From Octopus vulgaris (Eukaryota): a DNA stretch of 64,000 nt. Below are positions 55,522 through 64,000 of the stretch, piece after piece. The notes under the pieces are model-generated. The model was not told where the DNA came from. It did not search any database and saw only the letters and a program-made list of their open reading frames with translations. The translations under genes and the position numbers were made by a program. Position 1 is the first letter of the stretch; each line of letters opens with the position of its first letter. The DNA is taken from assembly GCA_951406725.2 (NCBI GenBank), contig OX597820.1, positions 51,088,001 through 51,152,000 of the forward strand. Direction: 5' to 3'.

Positions 55522-55580
<59 letters not shown>

Positions 55581-55771
55581 CACACACACAAACACGATAT
55601 ATATATAATATTATATTATTTTATATTATATTTATGCCTGTTACCATGTAGGTAATATCGTTATAACGTGCGTTTCAAAGCGTCACTAGTTTATCGGCGA
55701 TAATATGCTATCATACACCATGAATTCTTCTTCTTCTTCTTCTTCTTCTTCTTCTTCTTCTTCTTCTTCTT

Positions 55772-56477
<706 letters not shown>

Positions 56478-56489
56478 CTTCTTCTTCTT

Positions 56490-57187
<698 letters not shown>

Positions 57188-57196
57188 CTTCTTCTT

Positions 57197-57917
<721 letters not shown>

Positions 57918-57929
57918 CTTCTTCTTCTT

Positions 57930-58060
<131 letters not shown>

Positions 58061-58798
58061 GAGATATATATGGGAAAATCTGTTATAGTATTCAGCATTC
58101 ACGCAAAGCATATTATCATATCAGAAAATGTAATGAGCAGGCTTTAATTCAAGCCATAGTTGTTTCTGTGCTTCAGTAAACACTTGTAGTTGCTGAGTTT
58201 CCATATTATACATGTTATTATATATACTGTATATGAATATGATACAATAATAATTGTGTAGTCGAACGTCATCAGGTGCATGGCATTGAGTGAACAACTG
58301 AATCACATATAGTTTTCCATTGTTTTATGCCCAAATTTTATTTTTAGCCCTCTTTTATAAAGAGAAACACTTACGTTCAAAGAGACAAAAATTAATAAAA
58401 AAAACGAACAGATGAATTCGTAGAAATAAAAATTCAATGAAGCACATTCTATAATAAATATACAAAAATTAATCAATGTAAATAAGAAATCAAAAGTATC
58501 AAATTTCAAATAACAGAAGTTAGATTCGGTTCTTTTTCTGTAGCATAACTCTGATTCGGTTTGACGAAGATAGATTAACACACTCAGATTTATAATGTTA
58601 CGAAAATATAAACCGAAATAATTCCTTATCTTCTTTTGTCTGTAATTGTTCGTCTTCAAAGAACGCGTTCTTAATATGTTATCCTAGCAGGATGCCAACT
58701 TGTTTACCAGACTGTTCGGAAACTGTTCGTGCCCAATACAGTCGCTTAGATGTTGCTACACTGAATCTACACACACACACACACATACAAACTCATAC

Positions 58799-58832
<34 letters not shown>

Positions 58833-58841
58833 TTATATATG

Positions 58842-58924
<83 letters not shown>

Positions 58925-59293
58925 AGTGTGTGTGTGTGTGTGTGTTTGGATTCGTATATACATCTGTGTACACGTACACTCATACTCACATATATATTCA
59001 TACAACTGTATATATAAGCAACACAGTTAGCGCATATCTTTCTTTCAATTAGCAAAGTTCCATATCTCTTACCTAAAATTATCTTCATCAAATTCAATAA
59101 CGTGATTCAGTGCAATCCTCAGAGGCTATCAAGCAAATTAACCGTCATACCGTAAGTATTCCTGAATGAAATTTCTCACTCAAACATCTTTTAAAACGAA
59201 CAAGTGTCGGAACCAATCATTATAAGATATTATCAGCTAAACGACCATATCTACAAATATATATACATACATATATATATGTATATATATACA

Positions 59294-59406
<113 letters not shown>

Positions 59407-59709
59407 CTCAACGAATACGGTATCTTTACTCATATAAACATTCAAGGGATACGCCTAAAAAATCCAGGAATTCACTGCTTAGTAGCATAACTTTTATCAC
59501 TGTAACTTCTACATCAATAAACAGGATTACGTCGTTTCTAGCAGCCATTCAGTATTAGCAAGATGTACTTTAACGCTACTTGAGAATATAATAACTACTA
59601 GCTTGCACTTGTATCATAAATACAAACTTACCCAACAATAATCCGATTATATTCAAACTCAAATTTATTCCAATACATTACTGAATCTGCAAATACCCAA
59701 ATTCATGAA

Positions 59710-60119
59710 ACGTAGCAGCCGTGACTGTGTTGTAAGAAGCTTGATTTCCGAGCACATAGTTCCGGGTTTAGTGTCACTGCGTAACTTCTTCGGCATGTGT
59801 ATCCTATTGTAGCCTCGGACCATCAAAATCCTTGTAGTGGATTTCGTATGTGAAAAGTGAAAGAAGCTCATTATATATATATACATGTGTGCTTATGTCT
59901 TTACATCTGTATTTGTCCACCACCGGTGCTCGGCAATCGGTGTTGGTGTGTTTACGTCCAGGTATTTTAGCGGTTATGGAAAGAGACCAATAGAATGAGT
60001 ACTAGTCTTTAAAATGTTGTATGGTTGGTTTTTTCGGCTACAACACTCCAAGGCGCTGCCCCAGTATGGCTGGAGTCAAATGACTGAAATAAGTAAAAGA
60101 TAAAAGGAAAGATAAAAGA
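59710..60119 (+). mobile_element. SINE family 2, older copy
   Basis: Colinear with 46781-47228, short internal microsatellite. Confidence 0.85.
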
Positions 60120-60136
60120 ACGCAATTCACATTAAA

Positions 60137-60523
60137 TGGAAAGGAAGGACTCCGTCGGTTACGACGACTAGGGTTCCGGTTGATCCGATCAACGAAACAG
60201 CCTGCTCGTGAAATTAACGTGTAAGTGGCTGAGCACTCCACAGACACGTGTACCCTTAACGTAGTTCCCGGGAATATTCAGCGTGACACAGAGAGTGACA
60301 AGGCCGGCTCTTTGAAATACAGGTACAACAGAAACAGGAAGTAAGAGTGAGAGAAAGTTGTGGTGAAAGAGTACAGCAGGGATCACCACCATCCCTGCCG
60401 GAGCCTCGTGGAGCTTTAAGTGTTTTCGCTCAATAAACATTCACAACGCCCGGTCTGGGAATCGAAACCGCGATCCTACGAACGCAAGTACGCTGCCCTA
60501 ACCACTGGGCCATTGCGCCTCCA
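60137..60523 (-). mobile_element. tRNA-derived SINE family 4 with 14-bp TSD
   Basis: Head tggaggcgcaatggcccagtggttagggc..ggtttcgattccc (A and B boxes); TSD caattcacattaaa at 60123-60136 and 60524-60537. Confidence 0.93.
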
Positions 60524-61529
60524 CAATTCACATTAAAACAGCACCCATGAGGTAAAAAAAGATAATAAAAACAAATGATATAAATATGATTAATCAACAT
60601 AGATTCATTGCAACTATAATGTTATACCTGACATATACCACGAACATATTGTGAAACGAAGTTTTATGGTCAATTTGTAATAACTTTGAACACTAAATTT
60701 GTAAATACACTCACTTTCAGCTGTCCTACTCGGAGGATCTATGTAGACATACATATTCTAAATTAGTTATGACTATTGATTAAATCTAGTCTTAGAGTGA
60801 AAAATCACAACTCAAACATTTTTAACGACTTAGAAGTCAAAATCAAATTTCTAAATGCATAATTTAATCATCCCGACAAATGTCAAATTTATAATCCCCG
60901 TACTACATCCAGAAAAATAACGGATACAAAAGAGCCCCGAGTCTACCTGAATGTAGCGGAAGGCACGATATTCGTTCTACAAAAAACCGTTGAGAGAAGA
61001 TAGTTATTGATAACTCTAGGCTATTTTTCCGCTTAACACATATGCTGTCTATCTAAGAAGAGCGATTCGATCATAAACACACACTGTAGAACATTCAAAC
61101 ATTCTATAGTTTCACGTATTATTAAACGCTTCATTATACTTAAAATTGTAATTTAACGTTAAGCTGTCAACCAAAATTATCCTAATTCATTTAAAAGTTA
61201 TCACCATGTAAATTTCGAATACGCTTAAAATTCATTAAAAAGATAATCTTTTAGTGCTCAAAATGTTTTGTGTAATCGTTTGTTTAAACAACTTTCTAGC
61301 ATTAAAATCTTGTATGTTCAGTTTAAAATTGCTTGGAAGTTAATCCAAGGCAAATGTCGAAAACAAAATACCGAACTACACTTTATTTCAGTATTTCGAG
61401 CTTGATAAAACATTTGTGGAAGATAAATCGGAAATGTAATGGAACAATAACTTTGGCTCAGATATGTCCGAGTTTGCAGTGACATACGAATATTTGTATT
61501 GTTGCCTTAATTCATCTATATTATGATGC

Positions 61530-61757
61530 GGCGAGCTGGCAGAAACGTTTGCACGCCGGGCGAAATACTTAGCGGTATTTCGTCTGTCGTTACATTCTGA
61601 GTTCAAATTCCGCCGAGGTCGACTTTGCCTTTCATCCTTTCGGGGTCGATAAATAAAGTACCAGTTTCGCACTGGGGTCGATGTAATCGACTTAGTCCCT
61701 TTGTCTGTCCTTGTTTGTCCCCTCTATGTTTAGCCCCTTGTGGGTAGTAAAGAAATA
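61530..61757 (+). mobile_element. SINE family 1, young copy with 13-bp TSD
   Basis: TSD tatattatgatgc at 61517-61529 and 61758-61770. Confidence 0.95.
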
Positions 61758-62613
61758 TATATTATGATGCTCCCGTTCGCTGAAAATCGCTTCAATTTAT
61801 TTCTCGGAGAAGCGTACTTGAATATCAGTTCCCTGATGTTACACTATGTGGAATTTATGGTAACTAAAAATTCATGATTGTGGCGTTTGTCTATCTTTTT
61901 TCAATGATCTATTTGTCGGCAGTTGTAACTTTATGCGAACATGTTGTGTTTGTGTGTAGATGGTACTTCCAATGTAGAAAACGTTACATTTCTTGCATAC
62001 TGATTATACATTACATGAATCCTCACGTATAGATCGATAATGTTGATAGTGTAAATAGCAACGGAGCACTATTCGATGGTATTTTCTGATGGTTGATTTC
62101 AAGACTAGAAATTCCTCAACAAAAGACTACAGATCTATATATTCGATCTCATATAGATCACTTGGTTGATGGAAGCAGTGGTTCTGTTATGGAACTTTTG
62201 ACATGGATAGAAGCTTATGTAATCCCTGGGAGTGTGATACTGGCACTAATGTGCTTGAATAGATTATGCATAACGTAGAACTACGTCCTTTGCGAGCCGA
62301 TTGTCTGTGAAATATGGCACTTCGCACCTCCTTTGTTTCAGGTTTGCATAACATTTGCTTTCACACAAACTTCTCTGTGAAAATCGTAGAAAGCACCTCG
62401 CCAACTGCACTATACTGATGTATACTTTTCTCACACTGGCTGTGTCTATTTCTCACGCAATGTATCACAGCTTTTTCTCTTCCTATTAAAACACTGTGCA
62501 ATTAACTGATTTCTTAAACAATATCCCGCACACAAAACTGACCTTCACTTTCTTTACATACGCACACACACTCACACGCACGCACACAACCACACACCTA
62601 TTTGTTATCTTCT

Positions 62614-62704
<91 letters not shown>

Positions 62705-62708
62705 GTGT

Positions 62709-62996
62709 GTGGAGGCGCAATGACCCAGTGGTTAGGGCAGTGGACTCGCGGTCGTAGGATCGTGGTTTTGATTCCCAGACCGGGCGTTGTGAGTGTTTAT
62801 TGAGCGAAAACACCTAAAGATCCACGAGGCTCCGGCTGTACTCTTCCACCACAAATTTCTCTTACTCTTTCTTCTGTTGGCCTGCTCGCTTAGCCAGCGG
62901 GGTGGCGTCATTGAAGGCTTAAACAATGCGAAGCGCATTGTGACCAGCGATGCGTAACAACATCTGGTGGCCTGGTCAGCCACGTGGTCACGTGAT
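62709..62996 (+). mobile_element. SINE family 4 head with an alternative 3' tail
   Basis: First ~160 bp match 60523 to ~60345 (minus strand); the sequence after ctcttt (62870) is unrelated to the 60137-60340 tail. Confidence 0.88.
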
Positions 62997-64000
62997 ATGT
63001 ATGTATGTATGCATATATATATGTACATGGAGGCGTATGTATACGCATATAGAGCATGTGACAATCATTTTACTTCCAATAAAATGAGTTTGATTATTTT
63101 CCAAGTGATTCTTTAGCATTTCCAATCGAGTTTCCATAAAACTGTGCGATTATAAGACTTACTTACCCTAAGGTACCATAATTGATATATTTCCCAACTA
63201 TCCTCCACCATAGCCGTATCTTCAGCAATTCGTTGTGAGTACAAACATAATATGTAACCGTGCTAAGGAACACACCATGTGTGTTGTTTTGTATTTTGTC
63301 AGTCAAATGACTGAAAAAAGTAAAAGAATAAAAGAATATATAAGCACGCTTGCACTCACACGCAGACACACATATACCCATGCATACGCATACACATACA
63401 CACATATATGGCGGAAATTTTCAGATGAATCTCTCAAATATCGATTTTTAATAATTACTATTTAGTCACTCAATATTTGGTCAGATGTCATCCCCAGACA
63501 TTGACCACTATTCATACATGCACGTTGGTGTCTATACTTTTCGGACATCACGTGCAATAATTATTTCATTATCTAATCCATGTCCTCTAACAACATGAAA
63601 TGTTATCTCCACATTTATCATGTCCATTTTTAAACATTACAAGAAATTAAAATATATTTTCCTATTCACAACTGGTCCAAATTATTTTCTAAAATTAAAC
63701 ATCTCTTCCTACTGATTGAATTTTACATTAATAAATATTAATGAAATGTGACTTGTAACTTCATTTGTAATCCACATTATCCAGTTTAGATTTCTTTAAA
63801 AGACGTACAGTTTATTCTATTTTATTTATTTTTCATTCTCTATCATATTTCTCATGATATGCCTTTAGTATTGACGATTATTTCCGTTTTCGGGTAGGAA
63901 ATTTATGAAGGAGAACATTGTAATGAAATTAGCGGGAAACAAAATCCACAAAAAATGTGTAAAATGAGGATGGCTCATAAACCACGTCACAGAAGTTGAA

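Noticed and set aside
60450-60523. tRNA gene (also 62709-62780 and 15760-15830)
   Set aside because: A/B boxes are present but there is no full cloverleaf; they continue into SINE bodies, one with a TSD

Overview
Eukaryotic, very AT-rich, microsatellite-dense genomic DNA. The repeat landscape (tRNA-derived SINEs with internal (CA)/(TA) tracts, (TAA)n-targeting RLE retroposons, Penelope fragments) looks like an octopus/coleoid cephalopod intron or intergenic region; this organism call is an inference. There is no intact gene, rRNA, tRNA or CRISPR array, and nearly all ORFs in the track are microsatellite translations. Recognisable content: (i) fragments of R4/Dong-like and HERO-like restriction-like-endonuclease (RLE) non-LTR retrotransposons, a Penelope GIY-YIG/pLTR fragment, hAT (Buster/ZBED8-like) and mariner transposase relics; (ii) about 20 SINE copies from at least 4 families, several with target-site duplications (TSDs); (iii) seven 170-375 bp foldback/inverted-repeat elements; (iv) a few candidate exons. 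Most notable: a near-canonical minimal hammerhead ribozyme (27043-27098, minus strand); several unrelated foldback elements whose hairpin apex or junction sits on a hammerhead-like motif; a 3x tandem array of one 5'-truncated Dong-like element amplified through (TTC)n(TTA)n spacers and showing mosaic SNPs; a HERO element with twin-priming geometry; and a ~5.4 kb unit bounded by ~650 bp inverted arms. All calls were made by eye; no searches were run.
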